Below are positions 1 to 9,688 of a DNA stretch of 64,000 nt, piece after piece. Location of the stretch: contig OY769902.1 in assembly GCA_963669175.1 (NCBI GenBank), forward strand, positions 992,001 to 1,056,000, given 5' to 3'. This DNA is from a bacterium. Lineage in GTDB: Bacteria; Electryoneota; Electryoneia; Electryoneales; Electryoneaceae. The position numbers and the translations under genes are program-made. The notes under the pieces were generated by a model, which saw only the letters and a program-made list of their open reading frames with translations, had not been told where the DNA came from and searched no databases. Each line of letters starts with the position of its first letter. Within the stretch, counting starts at the first letter, position 1.

Positions 1-667
1 GGCCAAGGACATCGTTCAGAGCGAAGCCAGCCGTTGCGGTATGCCATACGTCAATGAGCGTTGGCTCGGCGGCATGTTGACCAACTTCTCAACCATCCGC
101 AAGTCTGTCAAAAAGCTGGAATCCATCGAAAAGAAGATGATTGACGGCACTTTTGACAAGCTCACTAAAAAAGAACGTCTGACTATCGACAAACAGCGTG
201 AAAAGCTGGAACTGGCCCTCAGCGGTATTCGCAACATGAAGAAGCTGCCGGGCGCCGTGTTCGTCGTTGACACGTTGGAAGAAGACATCGCCATCAAGGA
301 AGCGCGTAAGCTCGGTATCCCGGTATTCGCGATTGTGGATACTAATTCCGATCCCGATGTCGTCAACTACCCGATCCCGGCCAATGATGACGCCTACAAG
401 TCCATCGGCCTGATCACCAAGACCCTGACTGATGCCGTGTTTGAATCTGCGGCAACCGTCCAGGCGAAGAAAGCCGACGAGCCGAAAGACGCTCCTGTTC
501 AGGACCAGAAGGATGATGGTCCGCGTCGTCGTTCCCCACGTCGCCGTCGTGGCGCTGGTGGTGGTGGCAAGGGCGGTCAGGGCGGTCAGGGCGGCCAGAA
601 GGGTGGCGGCAAGGGCGGTCCGAAGGGCGGACGTGGTCCCCGCGGTGGTGGCAAGAAAGGCGAATAA
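1..667 (+). CDS. rpsB: 30S ribosomal protein S2 (5' end outside window) with Gly/Arg/Lys-rich C-terminal tail
   Basis: MPYVNERWLGGMLTNF, IAIKEARKLGIPV and VDTNSDPD..YPIPANDD are S2 signatures; lies upstream of tsf. Confidence 0.98.
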   Translation, partial: AKDIVQSEASRCGMPYVNERWLGGMLTNFSTIRKSVKKLESIEKKMIDGTFDKLTKKERLTIDKQREKLELALSGIRNMKKLPGAVFVVDTLEEDIAIKEARKLGIPVFAIVDTNSDPDVVNYPIPANDDAYKSIGLITKTLTDAVFESAATVQAKKADEPKDAPVQDQKDDGPRRRSPRRRRGAGGGGKGGQGGQGGQKGGGKGGPKGGRGPRGGGKKGE

Positions 668-741
668 TCATCATTCGCTAATGTTACACCCGTAGGTTAG
701 ACGCTCAAACGCGTAACAACATACAAGACAGGACATATACG

Positions 742-1605
742 ATGGAAATCAGTGCGAAGACCGTCATGGAACTGCGCAAGAAGACCGGCGCGGGAATGAT
801 GGATTGCAAGAAAGCGCTTGCCGAGACTGATGGCGACATGGAAACCGCAGTAAAATATCTTCGTGAAAAAGGCATGAGCGCCGCGAAGAAGCGTGCTGAA
901 CGTGAAGCCTCTGAAGGTAAGGTTGTCTTCAAGATCTCCGATGACATGAAGAAAGCGGCGATTGTTGAAGTCAACAGCGAAACAGACTTTGTCGCCCGTA
1001 ACGAAGAATTTGTCTCCCTGGCGGCGAATATCGCTGATCAGGCATTTGACAAAGGCCCGGAACTGGCTGAAAATAATATGATCGCCCCGGAGAAGCTGGA
1101 TCTTTCCGGCCTGACCCATCTTTCCGGCAAGATCGGTGAAAAACTGGTCCTGAACCGTGCTGCCTACATGGAAGTCACCGATGGTTTCATCGCCAGCTAC
1201 ATGCACCCCGGTGATCAGCTTGGTGTGCTGGTCGTGATGAGTGGTGATGAAGCTGCATTGAAGAACGAAGCGGCGATGGACCTGGCTCATGACCTGGGTT
1301 TGCAGATTGCAGCGCTTTCCCCGCGCTTTGTTGATTCCGAGGAAATCCCGGAAGAAGTCAAAGAGCAGGAAAAGGCCATCTACAAGCAGCAGATGAAGAA
1401 CGAAGGCAAGCCAGACCAGATCATTGAAAAGATCGCGGAAGGCAAGCTGCGCAAGTTCTACGAAGAAGTCTGCCTGGTCAACCAGATGTATGTCAAAGAG
1501 CAGAAGAATTCGGTCACTGACCGTATCAAGGAAGCGGAAAAGGTTGCCGGCGGCTCACTGAAGGTCGTCAAGTTCATCCGTTTCAAGGTCGGAGAAGGCG
1601 AATAA
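742..1605 (+). CDS. tsf: Elongation factor Ts
   Basis: [16 protein letters not shown] and [12 protein letters not shown] motifs; rpsB-tsf-pyrH synteny. Confidence 0.98.
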   Translation: MEISAKTVMELRKKTGAGMMDCKKALAETDGDMETAVKYLREKGMSAAKKRAEREASEGKVVFKISDDMKKAAIVEVNSETDFVARNEEFVSLAANIADQAFDKGPELAENNMIAPEKLDLSGLTHLSGKIGEKLVLNRAAYMEVTDGFIASYMHPGDQLGVLVVMSGDEAALKNEAAMDLAHDLGLQIAALSPRFVDSEEIPEEVKEQEKAIYKQQMKNEGKPDQIIEKIAEGKLRKFYEEVCLVNQMYVKEQKNSVTDRIKEAEKVAGGSLKVVKFIRFKVGEGE

Positions 1606-1607
1606 CG

Positions 1608-2327
1608 ATGAAGGATCTGCCCTTTAAGCGGGTGTTACTGAAGCTGTCGGGTGAATCGCTCGCGGGACCGGCGAAGTACGGTCTGGACGAAGAGGTACTC
1701 GGCAACCTCAGCGAAGAGCTGAAAGAGATCAACAATCTTGGCGTTCAGCTTGGTATCGTGGTTGGTGGCGGGAACATCTTCCGTGGCCTGCAGGCTGCCG
1801 GAATGGCAATGGACCGCGTACCAGCCGATCACATGGGCATGCTGGCGACTGTGATCAATGCGATCGCGCTGCAGGGACACCTGGAAAAGCACGGGGTTTA
1901 TACACGGGTACAGTCGGCGTTGACCGTGGATGAAGTCGCGGAGCCGTACATCCGTCGCCGTGCCATACGTCACCTGGAAAAAGGGCGGATTGTCATTTTC
2001 GCTGCCGGTACAGGGAACCCGTTTTTCACTACGGATACCGCTGCGGCTTTGCGCGCCACGGAAATTGGCGCGGAAGTACTGCTGAAGGGAACCCGTGTGG
2101 ATGGCGTCTACGATAAGGACCCGGAGAAATTCCCGGACGCCACACTGTTACCGAAATTGTCCTATCGTGAAGTGATCGGCACCGATATCCGTGTCATGGA
2201 TATGACCGCGATTACCTTCTGCCAGGACAACAAGCTGCCCATCCGTGTCTTCAACATGACTATTCCCGGCAACCTGAAGAGGGTGCTTACGGGTGAAGAT
2301 GTTGGCAGCACAGTCGGATTCGCCTGA
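1608..2327 (+). CDS. pyrH: UMP kinase
   Basis: [36 protein letters not shown] and DGVYDKDP motifs. Confidence 0.98.
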   Translation: MKDLPFKRVLLKLSGESLAGPAKYGLDEEVLGNLSEELKEINNLGVQLGIVVGGGNIFRGLQAAGMAMDRVPADHMGMLATVINAIALQGHLEKHGVYTRVQSALTVDEVAEPYIRRRAIRHLEKGRIVIFAAGTGNPFFTTDTAAALRATEIGAEVLLKGTRVDGVYDKDPEKFPDATLLPKLSYREVIGTDIRVMDMTAITFCQDNKLPIRVFNMTIPGNLKRVLTGEDVGSTVGFA

Positions 2328-2355
2328 CCGGACACCCTGTTGTAAAGCCATATCC

Positions 2356-2381
2356 AAGCCGCCTTTCGAGGCGGCTTTTTT
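2356..2381 (+). terminator. Intrinsic terminator of the rpsB-tsf-pyrH operon
   Basis: aagccgcc-tttcga-ggcggctt hairpin followed by a T run, about 30 nt after the pyrH stop. Confidence 0.9.
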
Positions 2382-2441
2382 AATTCACAGGATGTACACG
2401 ATGAGGGAAAGATGGTGCCTCGCTATTTTGAATGGGTAAAT

Positions 2442-2689
2442 AGGCGAAAAATGGGACTGTTACCTTTTCATGCTTTCGAATACAGAACAGTCAAACCAGT
2501 ATTGATGAAAAGGTAACTGTACCAGATTTTTCGCCTGCTCTATCAGATGGTTCCAGACGGGAAAATCCTGGGACAGCCACCTTTTCGCAACATGTTTTCC
2601 CAGCGCTCGATGATTTTGCGTATACATAAATCATGATTAACAATGCCTGGCATATTCGCAGGCGAAAAGAGTGGCAGTCCCCATTTTCC
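2442..2689. repeat. Two adjacent imperfect inverted-repeat pairs (REP-like, GGGAC(A/T)G..CCTTTT family)
   Basis: aggcgaaaaatgggactgttaccttttcat (2442) pairs with atgaaaaggtaactgtaccagatttttcgcct (ends 2536). ggaaaatcctgggacagccaccttttcgc (2560) pairs with gcgaaaagagtggcagtccccattttcc (ends 2689). Confidence 0.75.
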
Positions 2690-3146
2690 ATCGGCAATTT
2701 TCCTTTTCCATCGAATTAGATCCTTACATCCAAGTTAAGGGTATAACAGAATCTTATTCACACAAAACAGCGAAGCGCCAGAAAGATGAACAGGATAAAA
2801 AGAAGGTTATTATTATGATCTTTTCCGACTTGTTGTCTCCTTTTGCGACTCTCTTGTCCGCCCTGGCAGATTTACAAACTACTTTATTCACTACGGGAAA
2901 CAACAAATTCTTGTGAGGAACCCAACTTTCCAACTTATAATAGGCCGTCGCCGGGCAGCCGCCATCACTTCGTTTCGGCTTGCTTCATGCCGTCGGGGCC
3001 AACGCGATCAATAACTTTGGAACTTTCCAACTTGGCAACTTTCAAACTCACCATGAAAAGGAACAAGAAAAATACATTCTTTATCCTTGAAACATATCGC
3101 AAGAGAATTGTATTATATCAATATCAACCACAGGGGGAGGGAAATA

Positions 3147-3557
3147 ATGCGTACCCGGATGTTAGCGCTTGCCTGTTACCTGTTTTGCCTACCACTCTTT
3201 TTCGCTTGCGATTCGGATGATCAGCACGTCAACACGTCGGAAGGCGATATTGAAGTGACTATAACCCCGAACAATACGCGCCCGGTTTACCGTTGGAGTG
3301 ATGGCGCAGTCAAAGCGGTAAGGGTATCTGTCTTCAACGAGGATGAAACCAGCCTGGACCTGGTCTGGGCCATTGCCGCTGATGATGGACAGGATTTGAT
3401 CGAGCAACCTTTCACACATGGAACTGTGCCGGAGAATTGCGAATTATTGATGAACCTGGAACCGGAACTGAACCTGTATGGGCGCTATGAGGTGTATGTC
3501 GTGCGTGAAAATGGTGACTCCGGCCGTAGAGCTTTCACACCTAATGATGGACAGTAA
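3147..3557 (+). CDS. Small predicted lipoprotein, function unknown
   Basis: SD ggggagg before ATG 3147; hydrophobic signal ending LFFA-C (lipobox-like). Confidence 0.8.
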   Translation: MRTRMLALACYLFCLPLFFACDSDDQHVNTSEGDIEVTITPNNTRPVYRWSDGAVKAVRVSVFNEDETSLDLVWAIAADDGQDLIEQPFTHGTVPENCELLMNLEPELNLYGRYEVYVVRENGDSGRRAFTPNDGQ

Positions 3558-3586
3558 TACTGCTGAAACTCTGCTGTAAACAGAAT

Positions 3587-3892
3587 GGCTGCTCAAAAGT
3601 ATGTGCGCAGCATGTCAACAGTCACGTTGCGTCAGGTCTTGATGTGATGAAGGTTTCCTGTTCCGAAGCAGTCCGTAGGGCTTATGATGACCGTCGTTTA
3701 CCGTTTGAGAGGTGTCACGTGCATCACATTGTGACCTGACGTCGGTCCTGAAACAAGTGGCAGGTCACAACGCGATATCTGCATTGTGTAGGGCAATCTC
3801 ATCGATCGGCACATGCCAACAGTAGAGCAAAATCATAACGCGCCAAGACCTGCCACAACACTACCTCAGCGTACAGATTCTTGTGAGGAACC
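3587..3892. mobile_element. Putative MITE with imperfect terminal inverted repeats and nested internal palindromes
   Basis: Left end ggctgctcaaaagtat matches the reverse complement of the right end (ggttcctcacaagaat) at 12/16. Internal inverted pairs are caggtcttg/caagacctg and ttgtgacctg/caggtcacaa. No ORF. Confidence 0.5.
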
Positions 3893-4228
3893 AAAAGAAT
3901 GAAGTTTTCTTAGTGTTTCAATGGAATCAGTATGTCCGGACTGGAATTCTGAGTCTTCCCTTCCCCTGTACCTGCAACCTATCCTGTTTCAAGAGATGAG
4001 AGACCCTCACATCCGGTGCGATTTTCGGCAAGTTCATATGCTGCCTTCAAGCCTGGAAGGCAACAATATTGTTCTGTAAATAAACAAGTTAAACGAAACC
4101 TGATAGTATAAGTGAAATAACAGGGATATACAACGCTGCTTGAACAGAATGATAATTTTTACTATTTTCCCCTTTCATATTTCTATTTCAGGTGATAGAC
4201 GGTCCACACCAACTATAGACTTTACAAA

Positions 4229-6466
4229 GTGCATAAACGTAAAACTTCAACAATCCGGAAGTCTACGTTTTACCACGTCAAGCGATCTCTGATAATGCTG
4301 ACAATGATGATCTCTGGCAGCTTGCTTACCGCAGGGTGCAGGACTTTTCCGCAAGACCAGAAAGCCTATCCGCTGCAGTATGAACAAACCTTCCATATAC
4401 CTGAAATATCGATCTTCAGCATGCCTGTCTGGCGAGGGCCGGATAAAGGGTATTCCTTGTTGGAATTTCATGTTCAAGGGAGTAGACAGCAACCGTACGC
4501 GATAATAAAAGACCCCGTGAAAGACCAGACCCTTGACCAGATCCCATTCAAACTTAGCTCAACTGTTAGTCAGGAAGACTTGATCATTGTCTATTCCGGA
4601 AAAACCGATGCCAACCTTGATGGCATTGACGAAGTCTATTTTACAATGAACGACAATAGTATGCAGCAATTATACAAAATAGACTTGAAAGACAATAGAA
4701 TCCGTCCAGTCTTGTGCCTGGAGAAACCGGACAGTTTCAGAAATGAGATCTATGATTCACGTGTATACTTGCGTGATTGCATGAAAATGGATTCCTCAAC
4801 ATCAAACGATGAGTATTTTTGTTTCATCCAGGCTACCGGCTATATCCGTCTTCCCCGAAAGATTATCATGTACCGAAAAGGGGATCCACCGGAAGAGATA
4901 TTTCAGTATGATTTCAGCAGTCCAATAAGTGATTATATTCTGGTTGATGATATCAACCGGGATGGCGAGGAAGAGTTCATCTTTGGTACTGCTAATCCCT
5001 CCAACGGCCACACCTTCAACGGTTTTATAGACTCGAAAAGCTATATCGTCGCTTTGGATAAGCAGGGAAATCTTGTCTGGTCAACAGAGTTTGGGGAGCA
5101 TGGGGGGCAGTGTGCCATAGCACGTCACCCAACCGATGACACTCGCTTGGTTGCGATAGACAACTGGGACGCCCTGGCAGATGCAAATGATATCACAGAC
5201 GTGTACATGCTCAATAAAAGCGATGGTGAGATTCTGACAAAAACAACATTGCCCGCTACTGTCTCTATGCACGTGAACCGAAAGACAGGAGTTGCCGGTC
5301 AACTGGTGGCATTAAGTGTGGAAGATGGGCTCTCAACCATCACAATTCTTTCAGTGACCTGTGATACTGTAATCAGTAAAACCTTCCCATTTCCATGCAG
5401 GTATGAAGATGTCATTTTCCATCCTGCATACAAGGACAGCTTATACAAATGCCATAACAGCAGCCTGGAAAGCTATCTACTGACCAAAGACCTTGAACTC
5501 GTCGCACGATTGCCGTTTTCAACCAGCACGTACTATGTTTTCAGTAGTCTGCAGAATCCCAATTCGCCTTTGATCCGTGCTTTAAAACGAGATATTAGCA
5601 CCACAATCGGTTTTTTAGTGAAGAAGCCCTGGTATATCTGGTGGACCTGGCGCTGGCGATGGGTTCTGATTGGGGCGCTGGTTATTCCGGCGGCGTTGTT
5701 CGGGGTATTCATGCTGATTCGATACATCTATGCCCGGCGAAAATATACCAGGGAGCTTCAGCAAGCGTATGAACAACTCAATGATCTGATGGCCAAAGTG
5801 CAGACTGTGCAGGAAGATGAACGGAAACGCGTTGCCAAGGATCTGCATGATGGTATGGGAAATTACATTACAGCGTTGAAAACAAGGGTTGAGCATATCA
5901 ATAAATCGGCCGCTAATGGAACGCTTTTCAGTGAACGAAACATCAATGAGGTTTTTTCTTTGCTGGACAAAAGTTCTGATGAAGTTCACCGTATCGTGTA
6001 TGGTCTTTCACCTCCATTACTTGAAAAAGAGGGGCTTGTTGCTGCGATTCAGGAAGATCTCGCCATGTCGGAAGGCAAAGCCGGGTTTGAAATTGATGCC
6101 GCATTGGATCAGCAACTACCACGCCTGCAGCCCGACCTGGAAATCACACTATTTCGAATTTACCAGGAGATTCTGAACAACATTATCAATCATGCAAAGA
6201 CCGCTCGATTGGTGCAAATTGCCCTGTACATGGAAGAAGATGCGCTGATTCTCTGGATAGAAGATGATGGTGAAGGATTTGATGTCAGCGGTGCGTTGCA
6301 GAAAAACTCTCTTGGTCTGAAAGTAATGCACCAGCGTCTACGACCCTTTGGCGGTCGTCTGCACATTATAAGTGAACCGGGAAAGGGCAGCAGGTTCAGT
6401 GGCGAAATCAAACATTGCAGCCAGTATCTGGCAGAAGAGAAGAATGAATATCAAATTCCATCATAA
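4229..6466 (+). CDS. Sensor histidine kinase (NarX/UhpB HisKA_3 type) with lipobox-like N-terminus, FG-GAP-like extracytoplasmic propeller and one TM helix; start may be 4295
   Basis: LLTAG-C lipobox; DANLDGIDE and DINRDGEEE Ca-loop motifs; TM WVLIGALVIPAALFGVFMLI; H-box ERKRVAKDLHDGMG; N-box FRIYQEILNNIINHA; G-boxes EDDGEGF and SLGL. Confidence 0.93.
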   Translation: MHKRKTSTIRKSTFYHVKRSLIMLTMMISGSLLTAGCRTFPQDQKAYPLQYEQTFHIPEISIFSMPVWRGPDKGYSLLEFHVQGSRQQPYAIIKDPVKDQTLDQIPFKLSSTVSQEDLIIVYSGKTDANLDGIDEVYFTMNDNSMQQLYKIDLKDNRIRPVLCLEKPDSFRNEIYDSRVYLRDCMKMDSSTSNDEYFCFIQATGYIRLPRKIIMYRKGDPPEEIFQYDFSSPISDYILVDDINRDGEEEFIFGTANPSNGHTFNGFIDSKSYIVALDKQGNLVWSTEFGEHGGQCAIARHPTDDTRLVAIDNWDALADANDITDVYMLNKSDGEILTKTTLPATVSMHVNRKTGVAGQLVALSVEDGLSTITILSVTCDTVISKTFPFPCRYEDVIFHPAYKDSLYKCHNSSLESYLLTKDLELVARLPFSTSTYYVFSSLQNPNSPLIRALKRDISTTIGFLVKKPWYIWWTWRWRWVLIGALVIPAALFGVFMLIRYIYARRKYTRELQQAYEQLNDLMAKVQTVQEDERKRVAKDLHDGMGNYITALKTRVEHINKSAANGTLFSERNINEVFSLLDKSSDEVHRIVYGLSPPLLEKEGLVAAIQEDLAMSEGKAGFEIDAALDQQLPRLQPDLEITLFRIYQEILNNIINHAKTARLVQIALYMEEDALILWIEDDGEGFDVSGALQKNSLGLKVMHQRLRPFGGRLHIISEPGKGSRFSGEIKHCSQYLAEEKNEYQIPS

Positions 6467-8714
6467 TAAACCTGAATCGGGGAAACAGTCGCCTCTGATC
6501 GTGTCCCTTGTGATCGGACTGGCTTCAGCGCTGATCTTGTTCAGCGCCGGTTGCGAGTATTACCCGAAGGATTCCAAGGCATATCCAATACAGTACGAGG
6601 AACTGGCGCATGGACTGAACGCGTATGTACAACCGCCGAAGTTGATTTTCCTCGGCGATACACTGGGTTATAAAGTTGTTGATTATCAGGAGCCACAGGA
6701 ATCATACCAGTTTTACGCATCCATCAGCGATCCTTTCAACCGTCATGTGTTTGATCAGATGTCCATACGACGATCAGAGCTGTTTGGGGCCACAGGTGAA
6801 ATTAGTTTTCACAACTCGGATGTTTTAGATGGGGATAACGATGGAATTGAAGAAAGCTATTTCTTTCTGAAAACCAGGAATAAGCTGAAGTTTTATCAGA
6901 ATGACCTGCTGGATCGTGAAATCACGCTACTGGATTCAATTTCTTTGCCGGATAGTCTCGCCGATTATCCCTTCGACTCCCTGGTTAGAATATTGCCATG
7001 GCTTCCTGCCCCCGGTATGGCTGATACGGTGAAAGTTTTCTCACGTGACCATTTTTCCGGGTATGTGCCTTTACCTCGCGACTACAAGATCTATTCCGGT
7101 TCGTTTGAAAATACTCCCCTTTGTTCCTTTCAATTCAGTAATCCATTGGCCCGTAATCGGTACTACCTGGACCTGGATGGCGATAGTGAACTGGAATTTC
7201 TTCTTTCTACCTATCAGACATGTAACGGTCGCAAAGTGGATGGATTTACGGATAACAACGGTTACGTCATCTGTGTAAACAGCGATGGTTCATTTCGCTG
7301 GGTGCTGGATACCGGGACACATGGTGGCATGGTGGAAATCGCCTTTCAACCCGGTATACCGGATACACTGTATGTTCTTGATTGCCAGGATACGTTTGGC
7401 GACGGTGAAGAAAAATCTGTGTTCTACAAACTTAACCCTGAGGATGGAACAGTATACGATCAACGAAGTATGCCAGGCCGTTGTTCTATAATTGTCACAA
7501 ACGATAGTTATTCAACGTCTTTTGTGGCGACCGAGTATGACGGAATCGAGACCATTGTGACATTGTTCGATTATAACTTCACCCCCTTGAAACGCACCAG
7601 AGTACCGAAACCACTAATCTTTTTACGGAATTATAATCTTGAAGAACCATTCGGATTGCTATTGTACCTGACAGAGTCACAGTCAGGAACACTATTGATG
7701 GACGCAGATTTGCGAGTTGTGGCCTATTCACCGGTACGCCTGCACAGCAAAAAAATGTCATACGTATCAAAAAGTGGACAGTACATTTTCATGGGCTATC
7801 GAGGGGATGGGCGATATACTACTTACCGCTTGCTTCGTGTCCCCTGGTATCGCTGGTGGACCTGGAGATGGCGTTATCTCCTGCTTGCGGCTCTGGTAGT
7901 TCCGGCGGCAGGGTTCGGAATTTTCATGCTGGTTCGTTATGAGTTGGCGCGTCGTAAACACACCCGGGAACTGATCGATGCCTACACTCGCCTCAACAGT
8001 TCGCATGCCGAATTGCAGGAGCTTCATAGCCAGCTAAACGCTCTGATCGCACGGCAGTACAACACCCAGGAAGAGTTCCGCAGGAAAATGGCGCGTGATC
8101 TTCATGACAACATGGGCGGTCACTGGTCGGCTGTAAAGCATATGGTGGAAGCGATTATTTTACAGTTGAAAAGCCAGGATTCGGGCCTGAAAACAGGACT
8201 AATGAACCTTATCTATACCGTGGAAGAAGGCGCTGACAAGACACGCCAGGTTTCCTATGACCTGTTGCCGCCGTTGATCGACGAACTTGGACTTGTGCCA
8301 GCTCTTGATGACTACCTGAAACGCTATGAGAAGGTCTATGGCATCGAGATTGAAAGAGCGATTGACCTGCAACTGCCACGAAACAACCGTGAACTGGAAA
8401 CTTCCCTGTTCCGGATTGTCCAGGAAGCGCTGACCAATGTTCAGAAATACGCCGGCGTCAACGAGGTGCAGGTCAATGTCTTTGAATACGAGAACAGCCT
8501 TCATGTACAGGTGATCGATGAAGGACGTGGGTTCGATCAGGAAACCAACAGACACAAGTCATCGCTTGGCCTGTTTAACATGCAGCAACGAGTGCTCCCC
8601 TATCATGGGAAGGTGAAGATAAACAGCGCTTTAGGTGAAGGAACGACAATAGAAGTAGTGATTCCAAACATGGAACAATGGAGGTTGAAGCGTGATACAT
8701 GTGATGATAGCTGA
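6444..8714 (+). CDS. Paralogous sensor histidine kinase with the same architecture
   Basis: FSAG-C lipobox; DGDNDGIEE and DLDGDSELE loops; TM helix; RRKMARDLHDNMG; FRIVQEALTNVQKYA; IDEGRGF. ATG 6444 overlaps the end of the previous gene. Confidence 0.93.
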   Translation: MNIKFHHNKPESGKQSPLIVSLVIGLASALILFSAGCEYYPKDSKAYPIQYEELAHGLNAYVQPPKLIFLGDTLGYKVVDYQEPQESYQFYASISDPFNRHVFDQMSIRRSELFGATGEISFHNSDVLDGDNDGIEESYFFLKTRNKLKFYQNDLLDREITLLDSISLPDSLADYPFDSLVRILPWLPAPGMADTVKVFSRDHFSGYVPLPRDYKIYSGSFENTPLCSFQFSNPLARNRYYLDLDGDSELEFLLSTYQTCNGRKVDGFTDNNGYVICVNSDGSFRWVLDTGTHGGMVEIAFQPGIPDTLYVLDCQDTFGDGEEKSVFYKLNPEDGTVYDQRSMPGRCSIIVTNDSYSTSFVATEYDGIETIVTLFDYNFTPLKRTRVPKPLIFLRNYNLEEPFGLLLYLTESQSGTLLMDADLRVVAYSPVRLHSKKMSYVSKSGQYIFMGYRGDGRYTTYRLLRVPWYRWWTWRWRYLLLAALVVPAAGFGIFMLVRYELARRKHTRELIDAYTRLNSSHAELQELHSQLNALIARQYNTQEEFRRKMARDLHDNMGGHWSAVKHMVEAIILQLKSQDSGLKTGLMNLIYTVEEGADKTRQVSYDLLPPLIDELGLVPALDDYLKRYEKVYGIEIERAIDLQLPRNNRELETSLFRIVQEALTNVQKYAGVNEVQVNVFEYENSLHVQVIDEGRGFDQETNRHKSSLGLFNMQQRVLPYHGKVKINSALGEGTTIEVVIPNMEQWRLKRDTCDDS

Positions 8715-9327
8715 CGATCATGTCCTGGTTCGCCAGGGATATGTCAGCTTGCTGGAACAGGAGAAAGATATCAAGGTGGTTGCCCAGGCTGCGGATACGA
8801 ATGGCGCCTTGGCTATGGTAAAAAAACATCAGGGCGATGTGCTTCTGCTGGACCTGAATATGCCCGGCGCCGGAGGGTTGGCCATACTACCGGTGATTAA
8901 ATCCTTGCCAAACGCTCCCAAGGTAATCGTGGTCTCTTTTGCCAAAAGAGATATCCATTATGATACCGTCATGAAAGCAGGCGCCGACGCCTACCGTGAG
9001 AAGACAGATTATTATAGTGAATTGGTCAAAACCATTCGTGAAGTTCATGCCGGAACTTATGTCCCTGACAGACCCCGTGACACCAAAGATCCCATTGGGT
9101 TGAGTGTCAAAGAATCACAGGTTTTTCAATTGCTTATGAAGGGGAAGAAGCCCAAAGATATCGCAGACTTACTGTGCCGTTCGCAGCCTGTTATCTTCAC
9201 ACACCGTAAGAATGTTCTGAAGAAATTCGGTGTTGAAACCGTTGAAGAACTTATCCTGTCCCCAAAGGCGAAAAAGTATCTGCTGGATGAGGGGAATTAT
9301 AATCCCAATGAACCGGGGGAAGCATAG
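8692..9327 (+). CDS. NarL/FixJ-family response regulator (REC + LuxR HTH)
   Basis: IADDHVLVRQG, LLDLNMPG phosphoacceptor, and LSVKESQVFQLLMKGKKPKDIA..HRKNVLKK HTH. Confidence 0.95.
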   Translation: MIHVMIADDHVLVRQGYVSLLEQEKDIKVVAQAADTNGALAMVKKHQGDVLLLDLNMPGAGGLAILPVIKSLPNAPKVIVVSFAKRDIHYDTVMKAGADAYREKTDYYSELVKTIREVHAGTYVPDRPRDTKDPIGLSVKESQVFQLLMKGKKPKDIADLLCRSQPVIFTHRKNVLKKFGVETVEELILSPKAKKYLLDEGNYNPNEPGEA

Positions 9328-9688
9328 TGTATTTTCTATACATCAGCTGAACATGCTTGCAGGTTTGTTTGCTTCTGAATGCTGCCCTGCCGTTCGCTTG
9401 ACTTGACGAAGCAACAGTGGTCAAAACAGAGTCGCTCCGAGCCCATGCGATTCTGTTTTGACCACTCGCCAGAAACTACTGCCACTGCCTTACCATCAAA
9501 CAAAACAAACAATTGAACATTCACCTCACATGTTGCTTAACAACACTCCCATGCTGCCGACCGTGATTTGATAATAATTACCATTTCCCGCCCTGCCAGA
9601 TCTCGATAGCTTTGCCCACTGTTTCACCAAAGCTTTCTGTCACATATGCGACAAACCATGCTTTGATGTCATCTCTGGGGAGGGGAAG

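Noticed and set aside
6372-6466. Programmed frameshift fusing the two kinases
   Set aside because: Each gene is complete with its own signal peptide; the overlap from ATG 6444 is only 23 nt, which is ordinary coupling.
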